A stretch of DNA of 32,000 nucleotides from Candidatus Heimdallarchaeota archaeon. GTDB taxonomy: Archaea; Asgardarchaeota; Heimdallarchaeia; JABLTI01. Below, piece after piece: positions 18,919 through 27,218 of this stretch. Every line of letters begins with the position of its first letter. The first letter of the stretch is position 1. The position numbers and the translations under genes were made by a program. The notes under the pieces were generated by a model. That model was given only the letters and a program-made list of their open reading frames with translations, did not search any database and had not been told where the DNA came from. The DNA is taken from assembly GCA_030614005.1 (NCBI GenBank), contig JAUWKS010000010.1:30001-62000 (forward strand), in the 5' to 3' direction.

Positions 18919-19473
18919 ATGACTAAAAAAACGCTCAAAGTTAGTACTTTAATTATTGCTATTTCAATAGGGGTAATTGTTATTACAGGAACTAGCATTG
19001 GTATATGGTTAGGTATTAGAAATTCGATTAAAGATACAGAACATCCAGACCAAGATTGGTCCTTTAAAATAAGTGGGAACATTGTTGGTGATGATTTCAA
19101 TATTACTATCAAAGAGTTACTCAATATGCCTCAACATGAAGAAGAATATACAATTAAAGCATCACCGCCATATTTTGTAGGCATTTTTAAAGGAGTGGAA
19201 ATTTCACACTTGTTCAACAATATAATTGAAATTGATCCAACTGCAACAGAGGTTACTTTTATTGCTTGGGACGGTTACTCACTGTTATTCTCAATTTCTG
19301 TTATTAGTAGTAATGATTCAAATATTCTAGCACATTCTCTAGATGGTGAATATTATGAAAGCTATCCTAATGACGGGCATGGATATTTACGTTTAATCAT
19401 ACCTTCAAGTGGTCCAGATGATTTCAATGGTCAATATTGCATCAAAAGTGTAGTTGAAATATTATTTTCATAA
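18919..19473 (+). CDS. Membrane-anchored sulfite-oxidase/Moco-binding-fold protein lacking the Mo-ligand Cys
   Basis: WSFKISG, FKGVEISHL, FIAWDGY, ILAHSLDGE and GYLRLIIP motifs; N-terminal TM helix; no Cys in the segment before the GV motif. Confidence 0.75.
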   Translation: MTKKTLKVSTLIIAISIGVIVITGTSIGIWLGIRNSIKDTEHPDQDWSFKISGNIVGDDFNITIKELLNMPQHEEEYTIKASPPYFVGIFKGVEISHLFNNIIEIDPTATEVTFIAWDGYSLLFSISVISSNDSNILAHSLDGEYYESYPNDGHGYLRLIIPSSGPDDFNGQYCIKSVVEILFS

Positions 19474-19568
19474 TAGAGATTAGATTCACTTTCATAATCT
19501 CTTTTTTTTCTTCTATTTTCTTAACCAGAATATTCTTCTTCTTCTTAAACTATATGTTGACCGACATG

Positions 19569-19613
19569 TTTATATGAACATATCGATAATATATTCACAA
19601 AATATTTTGAGGT
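19569..19613 (+). promoter_or_regulatory. TATA box inside a short inverted repeat, plus SD
   Basis: ATGTT-tatatg-AACAT overlaps TTTATATG (19569-19576); GAGGT at 19609-19613. Confidence 0.4.
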
Positions 19614-19614
19614 T

Positions 19615-20754
19615 TTGATGATGAAGAAGAATAAAATTACTACAGTGTTAGCTTTATTGTCTTTAATGGTATTATCAACATTCTTTGTTGGGAATGTTAA
19701 TACAGATGCAATACCAGTGAATACAAATGATGATTTCACCTATGACTCTGAAGCAATTATTTTAGACTATGAAGTTCCAGAATTACCTGATGAAGAAGTT
19801 CCAGAATGGGAAATTAATATCACAGGTATTGGAATTACTGAACTTATTACGCTAAATCTCAGTTATTTAATTGATCAGATCAACACTAGCAATCTCAATG
19901 CATATGAAGAAACAGTAGATTACAAAGGCAGTAATCAAACTATAATCGGTTTTGATATTTTACAAGTTGTTCAAGATTACGCAGATGTTTGGTATGCTGG
20001 TGAATTCGAATTTATTGCTGAAGATGGATATTCCAAATCCTTAAACGCTACAGATATTCTCTATAGTTATTATCCTCCAGCACTAGAAAATGCTGATATT
20101 AAAATTCTTTTAGCATTTGCTGTCAATGGATCCTATTTACCGAATAGTGATTGGGCTCATAAAGGTGCTTTGAGGTTAGTTTGTCCGAGTAATCAAAAAA
20201 ATGAATATCCAACTAGTTATTGGGTTGGAAATGTAACTGATATTTCAATTACTGATAAATGGAAATGCAATGTTTTCGTTAATGGTGAATTGGAAACTTC
20301 AATACCAGTTGGTTTTCCAAGTGAATTTCCAGACTATGAGTATCTTTCATATGATTTAACCTATCATTCTGAAAACATTAAATTCGAAGGACCAAGTATT
20401 CTAAGCATTTTCGAACACATTGGCGTAGACTTTGAAAATATTACTTTATTCCAAGCAGAAGCACCAGATTTCCTTTCTACAATCGATAAAACAGAATTAA
20501 CTGGAGAGAAACCAGCTATACTTGCATTAGCAGCAAATGATGAGTACTTTGGTTTTACTAAAGGTCCTATTCGATTAGTTGGTGGTAATCTTAACAGCTG
20601 GAGTTGGTTGAAGAATTGTTTTGCTATTCATATAACGGTAAGCACTGAATCAACTACACCAACAAGCTCAACACCAGGATTTAGTTCTTGTCTAGTAATT
20701 TTGTCTCTATTAGCAATACCAATTACATACAACATTTCAAAGAAACGTAAATAG
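19615..20754 (+). CDS. Secreted protein with two tandem sulfite-oxidase-fold domains and a PGF-CTERM-like sorting signal
   Basis: Domain 1: WEINITG, FIAEDGY, LLAFAVNG, GALRLV. Domain 2: FEGPSI, ILALAAND, GPIRLV. S/T linker, TPGF, TM helix and KKRK tail. Probable start is ATG 19621. Confidence 0.75.
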   Translation: MMMKKNKITTVLALLSLMVLSTFFVGNVNTDAIPVNTNDDFTYDSEAIILDYEVPELPDEEVPEWEINITGIGITELITLNLSYLIDQINTSNLNAYEETVDYKGSNQTIIGFDILQVVQDYADVWYAGEFEFIAEDGYSKSLNATDILYSYYPPALENADIKILLAFAVNGSYLPNSDWAHKGALRLVCPSNQKNEYPTSYWVGNVTDISITDKWKCNVFVNGELETSIPVGFPSEFPDYEYLSYDLTYHSENIKFEGPSILSIFEHIGVDFENITLFQAEAPDFLSTIDKTELTGEKPAILALAANDEYFGFTKGPIRLVGGNLNSWSWLKNCFAIHITVSTESTTPTSSTPGFSSCLVILSLLAIPITYNISKKRK

Positions 20755-20764
20755 AATATCGAGA

Positions 20765-20801
20765 GGATAAAATATTACATTTTATCCATCTTTACTCTTT
20801 T
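20765..20801. terminator. Hairpin and T-run between convergent genes
   Basis: GGATAAAAT-attac-ATTTTATCC (9 bp stem, 20765-20787) then ctttactctttttt. Confidence 0.55.
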
Positions 20802-20814
20802 TTAAAATTTTATT

Positions 20815-22047
20815 TCATTTTCTAGCGAAGATAAGTGGAATTAGCATATCTTCCCATTGGCTCCCACCATGAGTTCCTAAACGATAATCCTCTGCGGATT
20901 CACTTAGGTGCATGCCATGATCAGCAGAGATGATAATTAGAGTTTCATTATCAACGTAATCCATTATTTCAGCAAGATAATCAAAAACTTGTTCGATTTT
21001 TGATAACCACTCAAATGAATAAGGTCCATATGAATGTCCAACATCATCTATCCCATGAAAATGAGTAAATAGTAAATCAGCTCTACTGCTATTTAGTGAT
21101 TGAATAGTTTTTTGAAAGATTTCATCATCATTGGAACCACTTTGATTTATATCTGGTAACCATGATTCATAATCAGCATCGATAGCAAGAAATCCTGCAG
21201 ACCCTTCTATTATTTCAGTAGTTAGATTATTCGCTCCTGCAACTTCAAAAATTGTATCAACATCCAAAATGTGGTTTTGACGAGTTGTAATACCTGTTGA
21301 AGCAGGCCAAAAACCAGAGAGCATCGATGCAGTAGCAACATTAGTTATAGATGGATAGGCTGTTAAAGCAGGTTGAGCAAATAGAATATTTAAATTCAGT
21401 TCGATTATTCCTAGGGATGTTAAATTCTCCCAGAAACGCCATCCAAAACCATCTAGATGAATAAGCAATGTTTTGCTAAATCCAGAACTGTTAGAAAAAC
21501 TAATTGGATTTCCTTCAGTTGACCAATTAGTAAACCCTAATAACTGATACATTGTAGGTGCTATATCTACAATTGAATATTCAAAATCGATAGCAATACC
21601 TTGAACTGAATCAATTTCACAACTTTCAAAAGTGAGAAGAAATCCACTTTCGCCTAATTTAAGACTAACATCCACTAAATCATTTTTATAAAATATTTCA
21701 GAACCATCAATCGTCGATATGATAGTTATATGATCAAAATCGGTGATTTCATATATTTCAAGAAAGGATAATAAAGAAATTTCTAGACTTCTGTCAGTTA
21801 AATTAGTAAAATCAGTTACATTTACTAAAGCTAGATTTTCGTTTTCACTAATAACATACAATCTACTATCTAATGGGATATCAATTCTTGTTAATGTTGG
21901 AAGAAGTATTCCCAATGTTATACTTGTCATAATAACTAATACAACTATCAATGAGAACAATGCTTTTCTTTGATCTTTTATCATACAGAAAAATAAATCG
22001 ACTTGTATTAATAAACATAACGCTAATCTATGAAAGAATTTTTCCAA
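20815..22047 (-). CDS. Membrane-anchored alkaline phosphatase superfamily protein (nucleotide pyrophosphatase/phosphodiesterase-like)
   Basis: LLIHLDGFG, PSIT(nucleophile)NVA, IDDVGH, ISADHGM, GTHGG motifs; N-terminal TM helix. Probable start is ATG 21984 (MIKDQRK). Confidence 0.85.
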   Translation of the reverse strand: MEKFFHRLALCLLIQVDLFFCMIKDQRKALFSLIVVLVIMTSITLGILLPTLTRIDIPLDSRLYVISENENLALVNVTDFTNLTDRSLEISLLSFLEIYEITDFDHITIISTIDGSEIFYKNDLVDVSLKLGESGFLLTFESCEIDSVQGIAIDFEYSIVDIAPTMYQLLGFTNWSTEGNPISFSNSSGFSKTLLIHLDGFGWRFWENLTSLGIIELNLNILFAQPALTAYPSITNVATASMLSGFWPASTGITTRQNHILDVDTIFEVAGANNLTTEIIEGSAGFLAIDADYESWLPDINQSGSNDDEIFQKTIQSLNSSRADLLFTHFHGIDDVGHSYGPYSFEWLSKIEQVFDYLAEIMDYVDNETLIIISADHGMHLSESAEDYRLGTHGGSQWEDMLIPLIFARK

Positions 22048-22178
22048 TTGATAAAGTTGAAAATGAATTATGTAAACACTTTGAGATTATTGAAAAAGAG
22101 CTCCTTGAAGAAGATAAACGTATACGTTTCATTTGTAGGAAAAAACCTCACATATCCCTATCCATACGAAAATATTAG
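22026..22178 (+). pseudogene. Possible 3' remnant of a class I SAM methyltransferase-like gene
   Basis: IYERIFPIDKVENELCKHFEIIEKELLEEDKRIRFICRKK resembles methyltransferase C-termini (ERxy...l...FeIi...Ri.f.c.K). No credible start codon. Confidence 0.3.
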
Positions 22179-22208
22179 AAATAGTAAAAGCACTACTAGA
22201 ATTGAAGG

Positions 22209-23588
22209 TTGATATTAAAAATGGCAGATAAAAAAACAAAAAAAGAAATTATTAAGAAAGCACTCCATCTTATTGATAATTGGTTTGATTTTCAAACATA
22301 TATCAAAGAATTACCTAGTGTTGCTGTAGGAATTTTTGTTGAGGATGAAATCATTTTCAAAAAAGAATATGGTTATGCAGATTTAGAGAATAAATCGAAA
22401 CTAACAGATCAACATTTATTCAGAATTGCTTCACATTCAAAATTATTCACAGCAACTGCGATAATGAAATTATATCATGAAGAAAAATTATCCATTGATG
22501 ATAAAATATCAAAACACCTCCCCTGGTTTTCTTCGGAGAAAGACGAGAACCTCCAACACATTCGAATCCGACATCTGCTAACACACTCAAGTGGTATGTC
22601 TCGAGATGGTAAAACCGCACATTGGACTACCTATGAATTTCCAGAATTGGAGCAGATTAAAAATCAAGTGACAGAAGGAATAAGCTTTTTTGAAGCAAAT
22701 GAGATACTAAAGTATTCAAATTTTGGTTACACACTTTTAGGACAGATAATTGAAACTGTTTCCGGAGAAACGTATTTTGATTATATTCAAAAAGAAATAC
22801 TTGATCCTTTGGAAATGAATAATACTGTTACAGATGTAAACGAATCAAATATTACTAGGCATGCAACTGGTTATAGAATTAAATATCCGAAAAAAGAACG
22901 AGGAACATTCGAGCATGTTCCAGCAAAGATTATGCATGCAGCAACAGGGTTGAGTAGCACTACTGAAGATCTAATTAAATTCTATCAAGCCCATTTTCTT
23001 GGAAATGAAATTCTCTTTCCAGATTATATTAAACGTGAAATGCAAAGAATACAATTTAAAGCAAAATTGGCAGATTGGGGTTTAGGGTTCAGCATTACAA
23101 CTTTACCGGATGGAGTAATTTATGGACATGGTGGAGGGTATCCTGGATTTATCACAAAATCAGGTTTTATCCAAGACAAGAAGATCATTGTTGTTGTATT
23201 AACAAGCGCTGTGGATGGGCCAGCAACAAATCTATTTTTAGGATTAAATAAATTGATGTTTTACCTATCGAAAAAAGAAGAGAAATTTTCCTCAGAAAAG
23301 GAAGAACTTGACTTGAAAGATATAATCGGATTCTATGAATCAGATTGGGGAATATCATTATTTAGTCAAATAGGTTCCAAACTGGTTTTAATTGTACCCG
23401 GATTTGATAATCCTGCAGATGTAATACAAACCTATGAACATATCGAAGGTTATCGATTCAAAGCACCAAAAGATAAATCATTTTCCTCTCCAGGACAAGA
23501 AATCGAATTTATCGATGGACCTGATGGTGAAAAAAATTTCATTGATAGCCATGGTGGAGAAAATAGAAGGTTTAAATTCAGTTATTAA
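22209..23588 (+). CDS. Serine hydrolase, beta-lactamase class C/AmpC-like fold
   Basis: SxxK (FRIASHSK), LLTHSSG, YxN (YSN), GHGGGYPGF. No signal peptide. Probable start is ATG 22221. Confidence 0.9.
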   Translation: MILKMADKKTKKEIIKKALHLIDNWFDFQTYIKELPSVAVGIFVEDEIIFKKEYGYADLENKSKLTDQHLFRIASHSKLFTATAIMKLYHEEKLSIDDKISKHLPWFSSEKDENLQHIRIRHLLTHSSGMSRDGKTAHWTTYEFPELEQIKNQVTEGISFFEANEILKYSNFGYTLLGQIIETVSGETYFDYIQKEILDPLEMNNTVTDVNESNITRHATGYRIKYPKKERGTFEHVPAKIMHAATGLSSTTEDLIKFYQAHFLGNEILFPDYIKREMQRIQFKAKLADWGLGFSITTLPDGVIYGHGGGYPGFITKSGFIQDKKIIVVVLTSAVDGPATNLFLGLNKLMFYLSKKEEKFSSEKEELDLKDIIGFYESDWGISLFSQIGSKLVLIVPGFDNPADVIQTYEHIEGYRFKAPKDKSFSSPGQEIEFIDGPDGEKNFIDSHGGENRRFKFSY

Positions 23589-23705
23589 GAATTGAAAATG
23601 ACTGAATTCATCTATTTTTTTCTTCATATGTTCAACATTGGCATCAATATAATCCTTTATATTAATAATTACTAGAATAATTGATGAAAAGCTTCTTTTT
23701 AAAAT

Positions 23706-24161
23706 ATGATGTGTCCTAAAATGTCTAATAACAAGTACTGTCCTGATTGTGGCAAATTACAAAAAGAAGGAGATGTTTTTTGTATGGATTGTGGTACAAA
23801 AATCGATTCTTCAATAAATTCTACAAATAATGAATCAATTGATTCACAACAACCAGATAATTCTATTGAATACGGAAAAACTGCTCAAACGCAAACAACA
23901 TATATTGAACAATCAGGCTCAACTGAAAAGGAAAAGAATAACTTTGTTGGTATTGCATCAATTATTATTAGTGTTTTAGGAATAGGATTCATCATTCTTA
24001 ATAACACCATTCTTGAATGGGTTGCTTTAGGTTTAGGAATCCTTGGAGTCATTATAGGAATATTAGCCTATTTTCAACCACATAAAAAAGCATTAGGATT
24101 TGTTGGTATACTTTTAGGACTAGTTGCAATAGCTGTTTGGATAACAACAAATTTCGGTTGA
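23706..24161 (+). CDS. Zinc-ribbon membrane protein
   Basis: CPDCG...FCMDCG, polar linker, three hydrophobic helices. The stop codon overlaps the start of the relic that follows. Confidence 0.8.
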   Translation: MMCPKMSNNKYCPDCGKLQKEGDVFCMDCGTKIDSSINSTNNESIDSQQPDNSIEYGKTAQTQTTYIEQSGSTEKEKNNFVGIASIIISVLGIGFIILNNTILEWVALGLGILGVIIGILAYFQPHKKALGFVGILLGLVAIAVWITTNFG

Positions 24162-24360
24162 ATACTATGTTTTTGCTACCGATGATTCACCAAACCAGAA
24201 TGTTGCTACAGACGACAACGGAGGGGCCTATTATAGCTTTACAGCTTTTACCCCTGCACCAACGATAACAACAACACCAACCAGTCAAACATCAATAATA
24301 TTACTAATACCATTTATTGGAGCATTATTGGCAACAATAATTGTAAGAAAGAAACAGTAA
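24157..24360 (+). pseudogene. Orphan 3' end of a paralog of the 13959-17216 FN3/Ig surface protein
   Basis: VEYYVFATDDSPNQNVATDDNGGAYYSFTAFTPAPTITTTPTSQTSIILLIPFIGALLATIIVRKKQ*; 23/28 aa identical to the last Ig module. An in-frame TAA at 24142 leaves no start. Both stops are followed by TTTCTTTCTTA. Confidence 0.9.
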
Positions 24361-24588
24361 TTTCTTTCTTATTCTATTTTTCTTTATTCAATATTTCATC
24401 TCTAAAATTTTCAACTAGTTTCTCTATTCCTTTTATTAATGGTGCAATAGCTGTATCAAATCAAAATCTAATGGAGTTTCTTATATTAAAAATCTAATAA
24501 CTTTAGAATTTGCTTCTTTTTAAATAAGTTTGAGAAAAGGGAATTTTTGATAATTTATGAATAAAAAAAAGAGAGAGAAAAGGAAAAA

Positions 24589-26682
24589 TTACTTTTTCCT
24601 CTTTTTACGCATTAGTAGACCGATTACTGAAAACAGCACAAAACCGCCTACAAATGAGATTAGACCAAAAGGTGTATCTTCAACTGAATATAGAAGTGGA
24701 TTAGAAACTAAAATTCTTGTTCCATCTGCACCTTCAGCAAGGAAGATGTATCCATTTCTAATTGCTAAAGATTTATGTGTTGCTAGGTCATCATATTGTC
24801 CTATTAACCGAGGATGAACAATGTTTTCAGTATCACAAACCATTAAACCTAAATTGCCGTCTATTAAATAGACGTATTGTCCATCTACTTTCAGAGTGTG
24901 TGGGTCTTCATAAGTAAAGAATTGTCCTACTTTTACTGGTTCAAGTAAATCGGTAAGATCAATAATGTCAAAGCCTTCATCACATATGAAAAAGCCATGG
25001 TTATTTTGTATTTCTACACCCCAATAGTTTGCATTTGGACGTGTAAAATTACCAATTTGTTCAGGATTATATGGATTTGTTACATCAACAACATGCATGT
25101 AATCTTCTGCTGCTAAGATAAGGTTGTCTCCAAACTTTTTAACTCCCCATATCCACCCAAGTTCATCATATTGTAGTGATTTCATTGGATAATCTGGATA
25201 GTAGATATCGATAATTGCTAAACCATTCCATGCTTGAGCAACGTATGCAAACTCATCATCAACATAGATGTCCATAGACTGCCCTGTGAAAGAGATGTTC
25301 CCCTGATATACAGGATTGGCTGGATCAGTAATGCTTAAAATTACCATTATTGAATCACCATGGTCTTCTTCTAGAAGGTAAATGTAACCATTTCTTACAA
25401 ATAAATCAACAATTGGTCCACCAATTGAATAATCATGATAAGAACTTACTTTGGTAACATTAGCAAGATTAGTAATATCCAATATTTCTAATGAGAAATG
25501 ATCAGCAACAAAAGCATAATCTCCATCTAAGAATATCTTTTTAGTAATACCATCAAATACTTCAAAGTAAGCAGATGTGATATTTACTGGATTAGAGATA
25601 TCCAAAATCTCTACTGCATAAGTGCTATAAGCGAAAGCGTAATTTCCGTAGATATAAAAATCAAATATATCAATTTCAGCATCTGTGTATTCATAAGTGT
25701 ATACTGGGTTCGTTTTATTTGTCCAATCAAAGATTTCTAATTTATCGCCTTCATTCACAAACAAGTGATTATTTCTTACTTCTATACCATAACTAGTGTC
25801 ATTAAATAAAAATTCACTTAGATATATTAGGTTATCTTTTTCCGTTGCGTTTACTACACTAGCTCTAAACGGAGTAGCGTAATAAATGAAATTCTCAGAA
25901 TAATAAACATACTTTGCTCCACCAGAACCTATAGTATCTTCACGAATCATAGAAAATGGATCAGTCACATTATAGCAGCCTATAAATCCTAAAATATCAG
26001 CAGTATAGACATAACCATTAACATAATGCATTTCATCGATAAAAGCCATAGTAGTCCAGATATCAACAGGATTATTTCTATCTGTAATGTTTACAACTAT
26101 GAAATCATCGCTACTTGCCAAATAAACATAATTTCCATGAGCAGCGAGAGCAAATACACCATCAGGACTGAACCAATTACAAACCCATTCTGGATTAGCG
26201 GTATCGCTTATATCTACAACATTAAATCCTGTATCATTTGAAACAAAAACGAGATCATCTTCGACGTAAATATTATTACAACTATAAAGATCCCATGATG
26301 TTACTAATTGGAGGTCTAAATCAGTAATGTCATAGACTCTAAATCCTTCTGTACCTAGTGCCAAATACATTCTATTCTCGATAACAAATAGATCTTTGAT
26401 AGTACCATAATTGTCATCCCAAAAAGATAACTCTGTGATATTATTATCAGCAGAAGCAGCAGTCAGATCTTCACCGGGTGAAGGACCAACACTCTTAATT
26501 TCTATACTTTCCACAGCTTGTTCTTGACCAACAACCATTTTGGTACCACCAAAAACAGTCATTGTAAAGAATAATGAAAAAATAACTAAGAAATTAAATA
26601 GTTTTCGACTTCGTAATAGATTTCTTACATTCATAATTAGTCTACCTTTCCAAAGAGTACGAATTTTACTATTCATACACAA
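24589..26682 (-). CDS. LVIVD-repeat (beta-propeller) surface protein with C-terminal TM anchor
   Basis: Repeated 'YxYxA.....(L/I).I(L/I)D(I/V)(S/T)(N/D)P.NP' units, signal peptide, TPFG, TM helix and RKKRKK tail. Probable start is ATG 26634 after AAAGGT. Confidence 0.85.
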   Translation of the reverse strand: MCMNSKIRTLWKGRLIMNVRNLLRSRKLFNFLVIFSLFFTMTVFGGTKMVVGQEQAVESIEIKSVGPSPGEDLTAASADNNITELSFWDDNYGTIKDLFVIENRMYLALGTEGFRVYDITDLDLQLVTSWDLYSCNNIYVEDDLVFVSNDTGFNVVDISDTANPEWVCNWFSPDGVFALAAHGNYVYLASSDDFIVVNITDRNNPVDIWTTMAFIDEMHYVNGYVYTADILGFIGCYNVTDPFSMIREDTIGSGGAKYVYYSENFIYYATPFRASVVNATEKDNLIYLSEFLFNDTSYGIEVRNNHLFVNEGDKLEIFDWTNKTNPVYTYEYTDAEIDIFDFYIYGNYAFAYSTYAVEILDISNPVNITSAYFEVFDGITKKIFLDGDYAFVADHFSLEILDITNLANVTKVSSYHDYSIGGPIVDLFVRNGYIYLLEEDHGDSIMVILSITDPANPVYQGNISFTGQSMDIYVDDEFAYVAQAWNGLAIIDIYYPDYPMKSLQYDELGWIWGVKKFGDNLILAAEDYMHVVDVTNPYNPEQIGNFTRPNANYWGVEIQNNHGFFICDEGFDIIDLTDLLEPVKVGQFFTYEDPHTLKVDGQYVYLIDGNLGLMVCDTENIVHPRLIGQYDDLATHKSLAIRNGYIFLAEGADGTRILVSNPLLYSVEDTPFGLISFVGGFVLFSVIGLLMRKKRKK

Positions 26683-26716
26683 TCAATTCTTAAACCTACA
26701 TTGTAGTAAAAAGTGT

Positions 26717-26827
26717 TTGCTTCGTAGCAATTCATAAAGTCGAGGGTCATAATTGGTCATAACCAACATTTTTTGTGTATTTAAGACACATTAAGTGACC
26801 TCTTCTTGAGTCTTATTTTTGAGACTC
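26717..26827. other. Candidate structured RNA or operator array (nested inverted repeats)
   Basis: TTGCT-tcgt-AGCAA (26717-30). Closing stem GAG(G)GTCAT/GTGACCTC (26742-50 / 26795-802) encloses TTGGT-cata-ACCAA (26753-66) and TGTGT-atttaag-ACACA (26774-90). GAGTCT-tatttttg-AGACTC (26808-27). Confidence 0.4.
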
Positions 26828-26843
26828 TAAAAAGTGAATCCGC

Positions 26844-26851
26844 TTTATATA
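26844..26851 (+). promoter_or_regulatory. TATA box for the small peptide pair, possibly bidirectional
   Basis: TTTATATA 50 nt upstream of ATG 26901; reads ATATATAAAG on the minus strand. Confidence 0.5.
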
Positions 26852-26900
26852 TCAAACTGGTTGTATGTTAATTACGAATAAAACTCGGAGAACGAAAAAA

Positions 26901-26990
26901 ATGAACTTCAAAAAACAAAAAATCCAAAAACAAATCAAAAAGGACATTGAACAAATCAGAATACGAGTGAGCCTCTTATCTGGTTGCTAA
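26901..26990 (+). CDS. Small basic peptide 1 (29 aa): MNFKKQKIQKQIKKDIEQIRIRVSLLSGC
   Basis: GGAG SD at 26887-26890, upstream TATA box, and similarity to the adjacent peptide. Below the ORF-track cutoff. Confidence 0.65.
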   Translation: MNFKKQKIQKQIKKDIEQIRIRVSLLSGC

Positions 26991-27022
26991 AAAAACTGAT
27001 AATAAAATAAAGGTGAAAAAAA

Positions 27023-27109
27023 ATGAACAAAAAATACAACCTAAAAAAGAAGATTATGCAGGATAAAGCAAAGGCAAGATTGAATTTCGCACTCATTAAT
27101 GGTGTGTAG
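27023..27109 (+). CDS. Small basic peptide 2 (28 aa): MNKKYNLKKKIMQDKAKARLNFALINGV
   Basis: AGGTGA SD at 27011-27016; 10/28 identical to peptide 1 with a single gap. Confidence 0.7.
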   Translation: MNKKYNLKKKIMQDKAKARLNFALINGV

Positions 27110-27218
27110 ATTTCAATCATCTTATCTTTATTCAGGAAGAATTTATTTTAAAAAAAGAGATTTAGAAACACTCATTTTTAATGAGCATTTCAATCAGATT
27201 ACAATTTTAATTGTTCAT

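Noticed and set aside
22209-23588. Antibiotic-resistance beta-lactamase
   Set aside because: The AmpC-like fold is shared by esterases and peptidases; there is no signal peptide or mobile context, so only 'serine hydrolase' is supported.
26717-26827. Assignment of the structured element to a known riboswitch (Moco, c-di-GMP, fluoride, SAM) or to a tRNA
   Set aside because: The conserved core sequences of those classes and tRNA D/T-loop motifs are absent on both strands.
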